Positions 56,300 to 64,000 of a stretch of DNA of 64,000 bases are shown one piece after another. This DNA comes from Alphaproteobacteria bacterium (GTDB lineage Bacteria > Pseudomonadota > Alphaproteobacteria > SMXQ01), in the NCBI GenBank assembly GCA_046297835.1, contig JBKBHI010000008.1, positions 76,754 through 140,753 on the forward strand, given 5' to 3'. Under the pieces are notes generated by a model. The model ran no database searches. It was not told the origin of the DNA and saw only the letters and a program-made list of their open reading frames with translations. Position numbers and translations under genes: made by a program. Every line of letters starts with the position of its first letter. Positions within the stretch are counted from its first letter, which is position 1.

Positions 56300-56644
56300 A
56301 TGCGGGGAAACATGCTGCTGCGCGACGAGATCAAGAGCCGTGGTTTGACCTTGGAGCGCGCCGCCATCGAGCTCGGCACCTCGGCCCCGGTCCTCTCGCG
56401 CGCCATGAGGCGCGTTCCGCGCCCGACACTCGTGACCAAGATCTATATCTGGTCCGAGGGCCGCGTCGACGCCAACAGCTTCTACAATTTTCCCCCGCTG
56501 CCCGGTCATGGTTCCAGAGGCAAGGGGAATGCTGCCGGCGGCGTCATTTCGGCCCGGTCTTCGCGCAAAGCGTCGCCATGCGGCGCGCGCGTCGCCGCGG
56601 ACGCCGCCGGCGGCAAACGCTTCCGCGCCAAGGTGCGGACATGA
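56300..56644 (+). CDS. Cro/YdaS-like small HTH regulator
   Basis: MRGNMLLRDEIKSRGLTLERAAIELGTSAPVLSRAMRR... HTH segment. Start may be 56312. Divergent from the repressor. Confidence 0.5.
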   Translation: MRGNMLLRDEIKSRGLTLERAAIELGTSAPVLSRAMRRVPRPTLVTKIYIWSEGRVDANSFYNFPPLPGHGSRGKGNAAGGVISARSSRKASPCGARVAADAAGGKRFRAKVRT

Positions 56645-56892
56645 TGGCCGCGCGCAAGCCCTGGCAGCTTGTCGTCGACGGCCAGGTCCGCAAGGGCTGC
56701 ACGTTCGGCACGGCATCGCGCGGCATGCGCTTCGCCAACGGCAAGAGGTCGCTGCGCGCCAAGCATATCGAGCTGGTGAACCGCGAACGCGGCGTCCGCT
56801 GGTCGCGGGTGCTCGGCACCTGGACGCGCCATGTCATCGCCGCCCCCGCCGCCGCGCCCGTCGACCTCTCCGATCAATGGTGGAACCGATGA
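56641..56892 (+). CDS. Hypothetical phage protein (83 aa)
   Basis: ATGA overlap with the cro-like stop. MMAARKPWQLVVDGQVRKG... Confidence 0.35.
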   Translation: MMAARKPWQLVVDGQVRKGCTFGTASRGMRFANGKRSLRAKHIELVNRERGVRWSRVLGTWTRHVIAAPAAAPVDLSDQWWNR

Positions 56893-57143
56893 AACGCCGC
56901 CGTCTCGCGCGCGCCGCGCGCCAGGTCCTGTTCTGGATCGTCGTCATCCTCGCCGTTCCTATCGTTTGGACGGCGGGGCGGCTCGCCGCCGTAGCGGTTT
57001 GGCTCTCGCGCGGCCTGAACGGACCGCGCAACGCTTTCACCGGCGCGCCGCTCGGCGAGGATCGCTACGGCGACCGGGGCGGCATGCCGCCGCTGGTCCT
57101 GCGCGGCGGCGACTGGCCGCGCGATGACGAGGCCGGCGCATGA
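56889..57143 (+). CDS. Small membrane protein (84 aa)
   Basis: ATGA overlap. MKRRRLARAARQVLFWIVVILAVPIVWTAGRLAAVAVWL (TM segment). Confidence 0.4.
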   Translation: MKRRRLARAARQVLFWIVVILAVPIVWTAGRLAAVAVWLSRGLNGPRNAFTGAPLGEDRYGDRGGMPPLVLRGGDWPRDDEAGA

Positions 57144-57400
57144 GCGATCTGATGTTCGAGCAATCCCTGGTGGCCCGGCGCTTCGCCGACCGCGTGAGCG
57201 ACCTCGCCGCGAAGATGGGCGTCACCAGCGGCGACATGTGCCTGGCGCTGGAAGGGCTGGTCGTCTCGACCATCATCGCCAGCGAGTCGCCCGCCGCCAT
57301 CGACGAGGCCGTGGTTGTCGCGCAGCGCAACCTCAAGACCTTCGCCGCCGCGATCCGCGCCGCGCAGCTCGACGAGACGCCGCCGGAGGGCCGCGCATGA
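57140..57400 (+). CDS. Hypothetical phage protein (86 aa)
   Basis: ORF-track ORF. ATGA overlap at both ends. Confidence 0.4.
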   Translation: MSDLMFEQSLVARRFADRVSDLAAKMGVTSGDMCLALEGLVVSTIIASESPAAIDEAVVVAQRNLKTFAAAIRAAQLDETPPEGRA

Positions 57401-57927
57401 CGCCGGAGAACAGCCAGGTCCAGACGACCGCCGAGCAGCGGCTCGAGCTGATCAAGCTCGGCCATGAACGCCATCCCGGCGCGGATCACGACGCGCTGGT
57501 CTTCGCCATCCTCGCCATCGCGGTGGCCGAGGGCAAGAACATCGAAGATTTTCTCGCCGGCGAAGATTGCCAGGCGAACGTCACGCTCGTCGCCACGTCA
57601 AGCGACGATCCTGTCGCAAATCTTGACACCGAAGCCGCCGCAGATTCGCGCGCCGCTCCTGGCGCGTTCGGCGGCGCGTGCGCGTTGCCGCCCGCCGTCG
57701 TGCGTCAATTGCCGCCGCTGCCGCGCGTCTGGGCGACCATGACCCGCATGTGGGCCGAAGCCCCGCGCGCTATGCGGCGCGAGGATGTGCAGGACAAGAC
57801 CGGCCTCGGCTTTCGCGCCAACCGCGAGGCGATGATCGAACTGGAACGGCGCGGCGCGATCCGCCGCGAAGGCTCCGGCCGTTGGACCCGTTATCGGCTC
57901 GTCAAGCCCTACGAGGCCGGCCGATGA
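57397..57927 (+). CDS. Hypothetical phage protein with C-terminal winged-helix-like segment (176 aa)
   Basis: ATGA-coupled. C-terminus REDVQDKTGLGFRANREAMIELERRGAIRREGSGRWTRYRLV resembles a wHTH. Confidence 0.4.
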   Translation: MTPENSQVQTTAEQRLELIKLGHERHPGADHDALVFAILAIAVAEGKNIEDFLAGEDCQANVTLVATSSDDPVANLDTEAAADSRAAPGAFGGACALPPAVVRQLPPLPRVWATMTRMWAEAPRAMRREDVQDKTGLGFRANREAMIELERRGAIRREGSGRWTRYRLVKPYEAGR

Positions 57928-58568
57928 CCGACCTGTTCCCCGAGACCGCCGCGCCGACGTCCGACATCGTCGATTACCGCAAGACGCCGGTCTATCGCCG
58001 CGAGACCAACGACTGGTACGTCGAGCCCGAATGGGCGGTCGAGGCGCTGATCGCGTCCGAGAGCTTCGTGCCCGGCGCGGTCTACGACCCGGCCTGCGGC
58101 GGCGGCACCATCCCGCGCGTGTTCGCGCGCCACGGCTTCCGCGTGCTCGGCAGCGACATCGTCGACCGCAACCCCGACTTGCCGGAGGGTGGGTTCATCG
58201 GCCGCGACTTCCTGCGCGATACCGCCGACGGACCGATCGGCCGCCCCGACGAGCGTCTCCATATCGTCAGCAATCCGCCGTTCAAGCACGCCGAAGCCTT
58301 CGCCCGGCGGGCGCTGGGCGAAGCGAACGGGAAGGTCGCGCTGCTGCTGCCCCTCGCCTTCCTCGAAAGCGAAGGCCGGCTCGCCCTCTGGCGCGAGACG
58401 CCGCTGACGCGCGTGCTCGTGTTCGGCCCGCGCGTCTCGATGCCGCCCGGGCACCTCTCCAAGACGATGAAAACCGAAGGCGGCAAGGTCGCTTTCGCCT
58501 GGTTCGTCTGGACGACCTACGCCGGCCCGGCCGTCAAGCCGGAGCTCGGATGGCTGACGCGCCCATGA
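57924..58568 (+). CDS. DNA N6-adenine (or N4-cytosine) methyltransferase, orphan
   Basis: 214 aa. AdoMet motif I DPACGGGTI. Catalytic motif IV IVSNPPFKH. ATGA-coupled. Confidence 0.7.
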   Translation: MTDLFPETAAPTSDIVDYRKTPVYRRETNDWYVEPEWAVEALIASESFVPGAVYDPACGGGTIPRVFARHGFRVLGSDIVDRNPDLPEGGFIGRDFLRDTADGPIGRPDERLHIVSNPPFKHAEAFARRALGEANGKVALLLPLAFLESEGRLALWRETPLTRVLVFGPRVSMPPGHLSKTMKTEGGKVAFAWFVWTTYAGPAVKPELGWLTRP

Positions 58569-58765
58569 ACCGCCCCATCGCCTTCACCATCGGCGAGGAG
58601 ATTTTCGCGCGACAGCAGCGCGGCCTCGATGCCGGCGCGGCCTATCTGCGCACGCTCGGCTACAGCGAGGCCACGCTGCGCGACAATCTCGACGAGGCGC
58701 GCGCCTACGCCAACCGCCTCGCCATTGCCGCCGACACAGACCGCCTGCGCCAAGGCGTGGGCTGA
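58565..58765 (+). CDS. Hypothetical small phage protein (66 aa)
   Basis: ATGA overlap with the MTase stop. Alternative ATG at 58550. Confidence 0.3.
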   Translation: MNRPIAFTIGEEIFARQQRGLDAGAAYLRTLGYSEATLRDNLDEARAYANRLAIAADTDRLRQGVG

Positions 58766-58782
58766 CAGTTCAGGAGTTCTTA

Positions 58783-59213
58783 TGCCGTCGCGCGAAGTGT
58801 TCGTCTCGGGCAACGATTTGGTTTGGAAGGAGCCGCCGCCGCGAATCGCGCTGCCGTGGCGGCGCATCCAGATCGTCTGGACCTTCACCTTCACGCCGCC
58901 GGGCGGCGTCGGCGCTTACGACGTCGAGATCGCCGTCGGCCTGCTCGGGCGCGAGCCGGAGCCGCGGCAAATCATCGAACTGTTCGTCGTCAGCTGCCCG
59001 GGCAAGGTCGGGCAAACGCAAGCCTATCTTTGCGAGAGCGGCGGCAAGCTGATTTCGCATCTGCTCCAGCTCGGCATGACGCCGCTCGGCGTGCGTCGAC
59101 TGCTCAGCCCGGGGCTGGCCGAGGGCGCGCCCAGCGATCTGCTCATGGCGCTGTGCGACCAGCTCGTCGCAAAGCAGGCCGAACTGATCCCGCCCGTCGA
59201 GGCCGGCGCATGA
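58783..59213 (+). CDS. Hypothetical phage protein (143 aa)
   Basis: CAGGAG RBS before the ATG at 58783. Confidence 0.4.
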
Positions 59214-59539
59214 GCGGCTCGCCCGCCTATCTGCCGCCCTGTTGCAGTTTCCCGGGCTGTGGCGCGCCGGCGACGTGCATCGTCGAGCTGCGCGTGCCGT
59301 GGGCGGCCTCGCCGCATTTCATCGCGGCGCCGATGACGCTCCTGGCTCCGCTCGCGGTCTGCGACGCGCATCTGACCAAGGTCGAGCCGGCCGACCTGCT
59401 CAACGACTGGTCGCGCGCGGAATTCCGCAAGATGGCCGGCACCCGCGAACCGGCCTTCGCCCACGCCTCGATTATGCCGGTCAGCTTCAAAAGCGAGAAG
59501 GCCCGCCGCTGGCTCGCCGAGTTCGGGGTCAAGGCATGA
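59210..59539 (+). CDS. Cys-rich hypothetical phage protein (109 aa)
   Basis: ATGA-coupled. N-terminus PPCCSFPGCGAPATC suggests metal binding. Confidence 0.4.
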   Translation: MSGSPAYLPPCCSFPGCGAPATCIVELRVPWAASPHFIAAPMTLLAPLAVCDAHLTKVEPADLLNDWSRAEFRKMAGTREPAFAHASIMPVSFKSEKARRWLAEFGVKA

Positions 59540-60195
59540 GCGTCGACCTCGAAGGCGAGTTCGCGGCCGCCTATGCCGCATTCGACGCGCTCGGCGAGCG
59601 CGGCATGGAGCGGGCGCAAGCTCTCGAATTGGCTTACGACCTGATCGGCGTCTCGCGCGTGGTGACGGACCGCACCCGCGCGCGCTACAAGCCGGCCGCT
59701 GAGTTGGCCGAAATCGGCGATAGCGACGGTTTCGGCGCCAACGCGCTGATCGTGCCGGCGCTCGATCGCGACGGCCAAGCCCTGGTGGATCTGGTCGCGG
59801 TCCCGACAGCGCCCGATTACGCCCCCTGGGGGCGTCGCCTCGGGGTCGGCTGCGCGCTCGGCCTCGAGAACGGCTGGGCGGCCATCGCGGCGGACCGGCC
59901 CGTGCTGCTCGTTCCGCTGCCGCTGGCGTGGCTACGACATCCCTGGGACGCGGTCTGCGTGCTCGACTGGAACGCCGCGCCGGTCGAAGAGCTGCTGCGG
60001 GCCGCGCCGTCCCTGGTCGTGCGTGAGGGCGAGGAAGCGTTCGCCCGATTCGTCCACGACCATCTGCGACGGCCTCTCCCGCGGCCGCGCAATCCCGAGA
60101 TACTGATCGCCCCGCCGGGGCCGGCGCGCATCGCGCGCTGGAGCCTGGTCCCGTCCGTCGTCCGCCGCGTGGAGTTCGCCTTTGACCGCCCCTGA
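59536..60195 (+). CDS. Hypothetical phage replication-module protein (219 aa)
   Basis: ATGA-coupled. Immediately upstream of and overlapping the P4/D5 primase-helicase. Confidence 0.4.
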   Translation: MSVDLEGEFAAAYAAFDALGERGMERAQALELAYDLIGVSRVVTDRTRARYKPAAELAEIGDSDGFGANALIVPALDRDGQALVDLVAVPTAPDYAPWGRRLGVGCALGLENGWAAIAADRPVLLVPLPLAWLRHPWDAVCVLDWNAAPVEELLRAAPSLVVREGEEAFARFVHDHLRRPLPRPRNPEILIAPPGPARIARWSLVPSVVRRVEFAFDRP

Positions 60196-61627
60196 GCCCA
60201 AAGTCTTCGACCCGTCGACGACCCATGGCGAGAAGAAGCCCAAGACCGCGCCGCCGAACAAGGTGGCCGAGGCGATCATGGCCAAGCATGCCTTCCGTTC
60301 GGACTGCCACGGCGTCGTCTATCGCTATAACGGCCGCCATTGGGAGGAGATCACCGAGGCGCAGCTCGTCGCCCTGGCGCTCGAGGAGGACGGCGCGAAG
60401 GCGTCGAAAGCCTCTCGCCGCAAGGAGATCGCCAGCTTCATCCGCGCCCGCAGCTTCATCGGCAATTTCATCGCCGGCGCGCGGGAAATCCCCTGGTCGC
60501 GCTGCGCCTCGTCCGAGGTCGCCTGCCGCAATGTCGTGGTCGACGTGCTGACCGGCAAGACGCGCGAGCACAATCCCGACGATTATCTCGAGCGCACGCT
60601 GCCGTGGGACTGGGACCCGTCCGCCAAATGCCCCGATTGGGACCAGGCGCTGGTCAATTGGTTCGAGGACGAGCGCGACAGCGAGGAAGCGCTGCAGGAT
60701 TTCTTCGGCTACGTCATCCTGCCGCATGCCAAGTTCAAGAAGGCCCTGGTGCTGCTCGGCGAGAGCGACACCGGCAAGAGCCGCGCGCCGCTCGTCGCCA
60801 AGGCTCTGGTCGGCAAGGAAGCGACCTGCTCCCTGCCCTGCGAATCCATGGAGGATCCGGCCAGCCTGGAGGTGATCGTCGGCAAGGCGCTCAACATCAT
60901 CACCGAGCTGCCGGCCGACGCGATGATCCGCGACGGCGGCTTCAAGACGTTGGTCTCGACGGAAGAGGACGTCTTCGTCAACCCGAAATACAAGACGCCG
61001 TTGAGCTACACGCCGCGCGTCAAGATGATGATCGCGACGAATACCCTGCCGCGCATCACCGACAAGACCGAGGCGACCTACAACCGCCTCCTCGTCATCC
61101 ATTTCTGGAACGTCATCGCCAACACCGAACGGGAGATCCCGGCCGACGAGTTCGACCGGCGCATGCTGGCGCAGATGCCGGGCATCCTGGTCTGGGCGGC
61201 CGCCGGCGCGAAGCGGCTGATCGAGCGCGACGGAAAGTTCGTCGCGCCCTTGCGCGGCATGAAAGCGCTCGGCGACTTCCGCGAGGCCGAAAACCCGTTC
61301 CGCCAGTTCCTCAACGAGACGGCCGTGTCCGCGCCCAACAACGCCGTGCCGATCGCGCGCGTCACCGAGCTGTTCAACAAGTGGAACAACGGCGGCAAGC
61401 GCATGACCGTGCGCCAGGTCGGCGACATGGCGCGCAAGGCCGGCCAGATCGTCAAGGGCGTCCGGCGCAAGCAACAGGTGTTCATCAGCCTGCTTGGCTA
61501 CACGTTCGCGCATTCCGACGATTTGCCGGACCTGCTGCACCTCACCGACGAGGCTGCGCGCTCGACCGCCCGCGAGGTCGACGAGCGCGCGCCGGGCGCC
61601 CAGCCGGAAGGATTGGACGGCGTCTAG
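60182..61627 (+). CDS. Phage/plasmid primase-helicase, P4/D5 family (SF3 NTPase C-terminal domain)
   Basis: 481 aa. Walker A LLGESDTGKS. D5_N-like region. Confidence 0.85.
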   Translation: MTAPEPKVFDPSTTHGEKKPKTAPPNKVAEAIMAKHAFRSDCHGVVYRYNGRHWEEITEAQLVALALEEDGAKASKASRRKEIASFIRARSFIGNFIAGAREIPWSRCASSEVACRNVVVDVLTGKTREHNPDDYLERTLPWDWDPSAKCPDWDQALVNWFEDERDSEEALQDFFGYVILPHAKFKKALVLLGESDTGKSRAPLVAKALVGKEATCSLPCESMEDPASLEVIVGKALNIITELPADAMIRDGGFKTLVSTEEDVFVNPKYKTPLSYTPRVKMMIATNTLPRITDKTEATYNRLLVIHFWNVIANTEREIPADEFDRRMLAQMPGILVWAAAGAKRLIERDGKFVAPLRGMKALGDFREAENPFRQFLNETAVSAPNNAVPIARVTELFNKWNNGGKRMTVRQVGDMARKAGQIVKGVRRKQQVFISLLGYTFAHSDDLPDLLHLTDEAARSTAREVDERAPGAQPEGLDGV

Positions 61628-61675
61628 CTCGCGTCTGGGTGCCGGCGCGGAGCGCCTTTTTCGCGATTTTGGGGT

Positions 61676-61830
61676 TGCGGGCCTGTTAGCGACGGCGGCC
61701 GGCCGTTAGTGACGGTCGCTTACAGCAGGCCCGTCTGTAAGCGAGCGTTAGCGAGTGTTAGCGAACGGAGTTGGCGGTTTTTCCCTAGAGCCGCCTGGGT
61801 TTGAGCGATCTGTAAGCGTGTAAGCGAGCC
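61676..61830 (+). promoter_or_regulatory. Repeat-dense regulatory region upstream of the NusG-like gene
   Basis: TGTTAGCGA occurs 3 times (plus CGTTAGTGA). CTGTAAGCG occurs 3 times. Hairpin GCTTACAG-cagg cccgt-CTGTAAGC. Flanking GGGCCTG..CAGGCCC inverted repeat. Preceded by a weak GGCGC-gga-GCGCC-TTTTT hairpin at 61644-61661. Confidence 0.4.
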
Positions 61831-61867
61831 CCTACTCTTTACTTGGCAGTGGAAAAAAGAAGGAAAG

Positions 61868-62470
61868 ATGATGATGCATACAATAGGGCGGCGGCCGATT
61901 ACGGCTTACAGCCAGGTCGAGGGCGCCCGAGTGTCGCCCCATCGCTTCCGCCATGCCGAGTTCGACGGCCGGGTCTGGTACCTACTGCTGACCAAGGCCA
62001 ACCGCGAGACGGACGTCTGCTGCCGGCTCGAAGAACAGGGTTTCACGCCGTGGCTGCCGGTGCAGCGCTATCAGGTGCAGCATGCGCGCCAGACCGAGGA
62101 GCGCGTGGTGCCGCTGTTCTCGCGCTACGTCTTCGCCGGCGTGCCGCCCGAGCATCCCAAGCCGGCGTCCCTGGCGGGCACCCATGGCGTGGCCGACGTG
62201 GTCAAGGCCGAGGGCGGCCGTTGGCAGGCTCTGCTGCCGGAGACCCTGGCCGACGTGGTGCGGCTGCTCGAGGACGGCGTCTACACCGCCCCCTGCAAGC
62301 AGCCCAAACTGGTCAATCCGGGCGACAACCTGGTCATCGAGACCGGCCCCTTCGCCGGCTGGTCAGGACCATGCGTTGTGTCCAGCGACGCCCGGACAAC
62401 GCTACTGCTTGACATCATGGGCCGTCCTACAGCAATATCCGTTCCCACGGAGTTGGTCAGGGCCGGGTGA
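61868..62470 (+). CDS. NusG/RfaH-like transcription antitermination protein (NGN + KOW domains) at the phage Q position
   Basis: 200 aa. AAGGAAAG RBS. N-terminal NGN-like WYLLLTKANRE...PWLPV...ERVVPLFSRYVFAG. C-terminal KOW-like NPGDNLVIETGPFAGWSGPCVVSS...LLLDIMGRPTAISVP. Confidence 0.55.
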   Translation: MMMHTIGRRPITAYSQVEGARVSPHRFRHAEFDGRVWYLLLTKANRETDVCCRLEEQGFTPWLPVQRYQVQHARQTEERVVPLFSRYVFAGVPPEHPKPASLAGTHGVADVVKAEGGRWQALLPETLADVVRLLEDGVYTAPCKQPKLVNPGDNLVIETGPFAGWSGPCVVSSDARTTLLLDIMGRPTAISVPTELVRAG

Positions 62471-62521
62471 TTTCACCCTGTCCTGCGGCAGCATAGGAAG
62501 CCCCCCCTCCGGACCCCTGAC

Positions 62522-62923
62522 ATGCCCTTCGCCGCTCCAAAGCCCTGCCGCCATCCCGGCTGCAAGGCGGTGACGACCCACAAGTCCCGCGAGTGCGAAG
62601 CGCATCGCGGCGAAGCCGACCGCGCTCGCGGCACGGCGACGCAGCGCGGCTACGGCGTCGATTGGCGCAAGCTGCGGGCCGAGACGCCAAAGACGCCTTG
62701 CTGCGATTGCCACGCGCCATGGCGGCCAAACTTTCATCTCGACCATGGCGAGCGTCGCCGCACCGGCGGCGGCGACGAGACGGCCAACCTCTTCTGGCGC
62801 TGCGCGCCGTGCCACTCGCGCAAGACCGCCGCCTTCGACGGCGGCCTCGGTCGACCGCTCGCGCCCTTCGGCGAGGGGGTGGGGGGAGGTCGAAAGTCTC
62901 CGCCCGGGGAACAGGAACCGTGA
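62522..62923 (+). CDS. HNH endonuclease
   Basis: 133 aa. HLDHGERRRTGGGDETANLFWRCAPCHSRKT (H-N-H with Cys zinc ligands). Located just upstream of the terminase genes, as is usual for phage HNH genes. Confidence 0.8.
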   Translation: MPFAAPKPCRHPGCKAVTTHKSRECEAHRGEADRARGTATQRGYGVDWRKLRAETPKTPCCDCHAPWRPNFHLDHGERRRTGGGDETANLFWRCAPCHSRKTAAFDGGLGRPLAPFGEGVGGGRKSPPGEQEP

Positions 62924-63019
62924 GGGGGTCGGGTTTTTGGGGCCGCGTTATTTCCGGCAAACTTTTTTCGCGAGGGTATCTGCGGGGCTGAATAGCTGTT
63001 GCAGATCAATGGCTTAGAC

Positions 63020-63643
63020 ATGGGACGACGCGCGAAACCGGATTCGATGAAAGACCTCCAGGGAAATCCCGGTAAACGGCGCAGCAAGGCGCAGGTCGCC
63101 GCCGACGCCGAAAGGGCCGCCCAGGCGGCGCAGGTCGAGGCCGCGCTCGCGCCGGAGACCGAGGACTTGAAGGGCGCGCCGCCGTATCTGTCGGCCGAGG
63201 CCAAGAAGGTCTGGAAGCGCATCGCGGTCTACGTCGCCGCCATGCGGTTCGTGCGCTCGATCGACGGTGAGCTGGTCGCCCGCTACGCCGAGCATCTGGC
63301 GACCTGGTGGGATCTGACGACGAAACTGCGCCGGCAGGGCATCACCTACGAAACCAAGTCGGCCCACGGAAAGCTAAAGCGCATCCATCCGCTGCTGCTG
63401 GCGCGCGACCGCGTCGAGGCGCATCTGATCGACGCCGAGGACCGGCTCGGCCTCAACCCGCGGTCGCGTCAGGACATCATGCTCAAGCAGGCCAACACCG
63501 GGCTGCGGCATCCGGGCGAAGGGCTGTTCGGCAATGACGATGCGGCGCCGGCCAAGAGCGACGAGACGCCGAATGGCGGCAGCCAGCCGCAGGCATCGGC
63601 TCCGCCTATCGGCTTTCTCAACCGGCCGCAGACCCGCCATTAA
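63020..63643 (+). CDS. Phage terminase small subunit, P27 family
   Basis: Start MGRRAKPDSMKDLQGNPGKRR inside ORF 62999..63643. Family pattern (LSAEAKKVWKRI..., LGLNPRSR). Confidence 0.8.
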   Translation: MGRRAKPDSMKDLQGNPGKRRSKAQVAADAERAAQAAQVEAALAPETEDLKGAPPYLSAEAKKVWKRIAVYVAAMRFVRSIDGELVARYAEHLATWWDLTTKLRRQGITYETKSAHGKLKRIHPLLLARDRVEAHLIDAEDRLGLNPRSRQDIMLKQANTGLRHPGEGLFGNDDAAPAKSDETPNGGSQPQASAPPIGFLNRPQTRH

Positions 63644-63646
63644 CGC

Positions 63647-64000
63647 ATGACCGAGACGTCAGCCGCGGCGCTGCGCGCGCCTTGGCAGGATTTCCTGGAC
63701 GCCGGCGAAGCGCGCGCGGCGCTGATCGAGGATTACGCGCGCCGCACCGCGCAGCCTGGCGAATGGTTCGACGGCTTCGCCGCCGACGCGGCGGTCGCCT
63801 TCTTCGAGCAGCAGCTCACGCATACCGAGGCGGAATGGGCCGGCCAGCCCTTCATCCTCTCGCCGTGGCAGCGCGCCACGGTGCGCGTCGCCTGGGGCTG
63901 GAAGCGCGCGGACGGCACGCGCCGCTTCCGCGAGATCTACATCGAGATCGGTCGCAAGAACGGCAAGACCGAGTTCGGCGCCGGGCTGATCCTGCTGATC
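63647..64000 (+). CDS. Phage terminase large subunit (3'-truncated by window edge)
   Basis: MTETSAAAL...GQPFILSPWQRATVRVAWGWKRADGTRRFREIYIEIGRKNGKT is the Terminase_1 N-terminus (Walker-like RKNGKT). Confidence 0.8.
   Translation, partial: MTETSAAALRAPWQDFLDAGEARAALIEDYARRTAQPGEWFDGFAADAAVAFFEQQLTHTEAEWAGQPFILSPWQRATVRVAWGWKRADGTRRFREIYIEIGRKNGKTEFGAGLILLI

Larger units (their letters stand above)
43855..64000. mobile_element. Lambda-like (siphovirus-type) prophage integrated at tRNA-Ser(GCT); left end (attL) in the tRNA 3' region, right end beyond the window
   Basis: Contiguous phage-type genes in lambdoid order: serine recombinase; leftward accessory operon; cI-like repressor with S24 peptidase; cro-like; primase-helicase; NusG-like regulator; HNH; TerS; TerL. 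Tight ATGA-overlap gene packing. Confidence 0.75.

Noticed and set aside
1-64000. CRISPR arrays, rRNA genes, IS elements and transposases
   Set aside because: No regularly spaced direct repeats, no rRNA-like sequence, and no transposase-like ORFs were found. The only mobile element is the prophage.

Overview
High-GC (about 68-70%) alphaproteobacterial-type chromosomal window. The first ~43.8 kb is host DNA. The last ~20 kb is the left part of a lambda-like prophage integrated at the 3' end of a tRNA-Ser(GCT) gene, which continues beyond the window end.

Host content (1-43.8 kb): mostly metabolic, transport and stress genes. These include dienelactone hydrolase, Gfo/Idh/MocA oxidoreductase, a PLP aminotransferase, a D-2-hydroxyacid dehydrogenase, an orphan xanthine-dehydrogenase-family molybdopterin subunit, mobA, a soluble globin-coupled chemoreceptor, a DAG-kinase-like lipid kinase, MFS transporters, GST, TctC, a gentisate-dioxygenase-like bicupin, the NHEJ pair Ku/LigD, an SDR, a KefB/C K+ efflux antiporter, an ABC substrate-binding protein, amidase, GTP-dependent PEP carboxykinase, SulP, an AlsS-like TPP enzyme with an aldehyde dehydrogenase, a PadR/siderophore-interacting-protein operon flanked by two MFS genes, a hybrid histidine kinase translationally coupled to a REC-EAL response regulator, Crp/Fnr divergent from an ECF sigma factor, Mn-catalase and an LldD-like dehydrogenase.

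Prophage (43.9-64 kb): large serine recombinase next to the tRNA; a leftward early operon with ASCH, Gp37/Gp68, MazG, an orphan C5-cytosine MTase carrying an internal tandem-repeat region, an SNF2 helicase, a VRR-NUC-like nuclease, a J-domain protein and many ATGA-coupled small ORFs; a CI-like repressor and Cro-like gene around palindromic operators; a rightward operon with an N6-MTase and a P4/D5 primase-helicase; a repeat-dense regulatory region; a NusG/RfaH-like (NGN+KOW) protein at the Q-antiterminator position; then HNH, TerS and partial TerL.

No CRISPR array, rRNA or IS element was seen. The most unusual items are the tandem-repeat C5-MTase, the NusG-like late regulator with its repeat-laden upstream region, triplicated MGAE-start nucleotide blocks, and a phage J-domain protein inside a long chain of overlapping small genes.

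Coordinates I derived myself (alternative start codons, hairpins, palindromes) may be off by 1-2 nt. All functional calls rest on my recognition of motifs in the translated ORFs, not on database searches.
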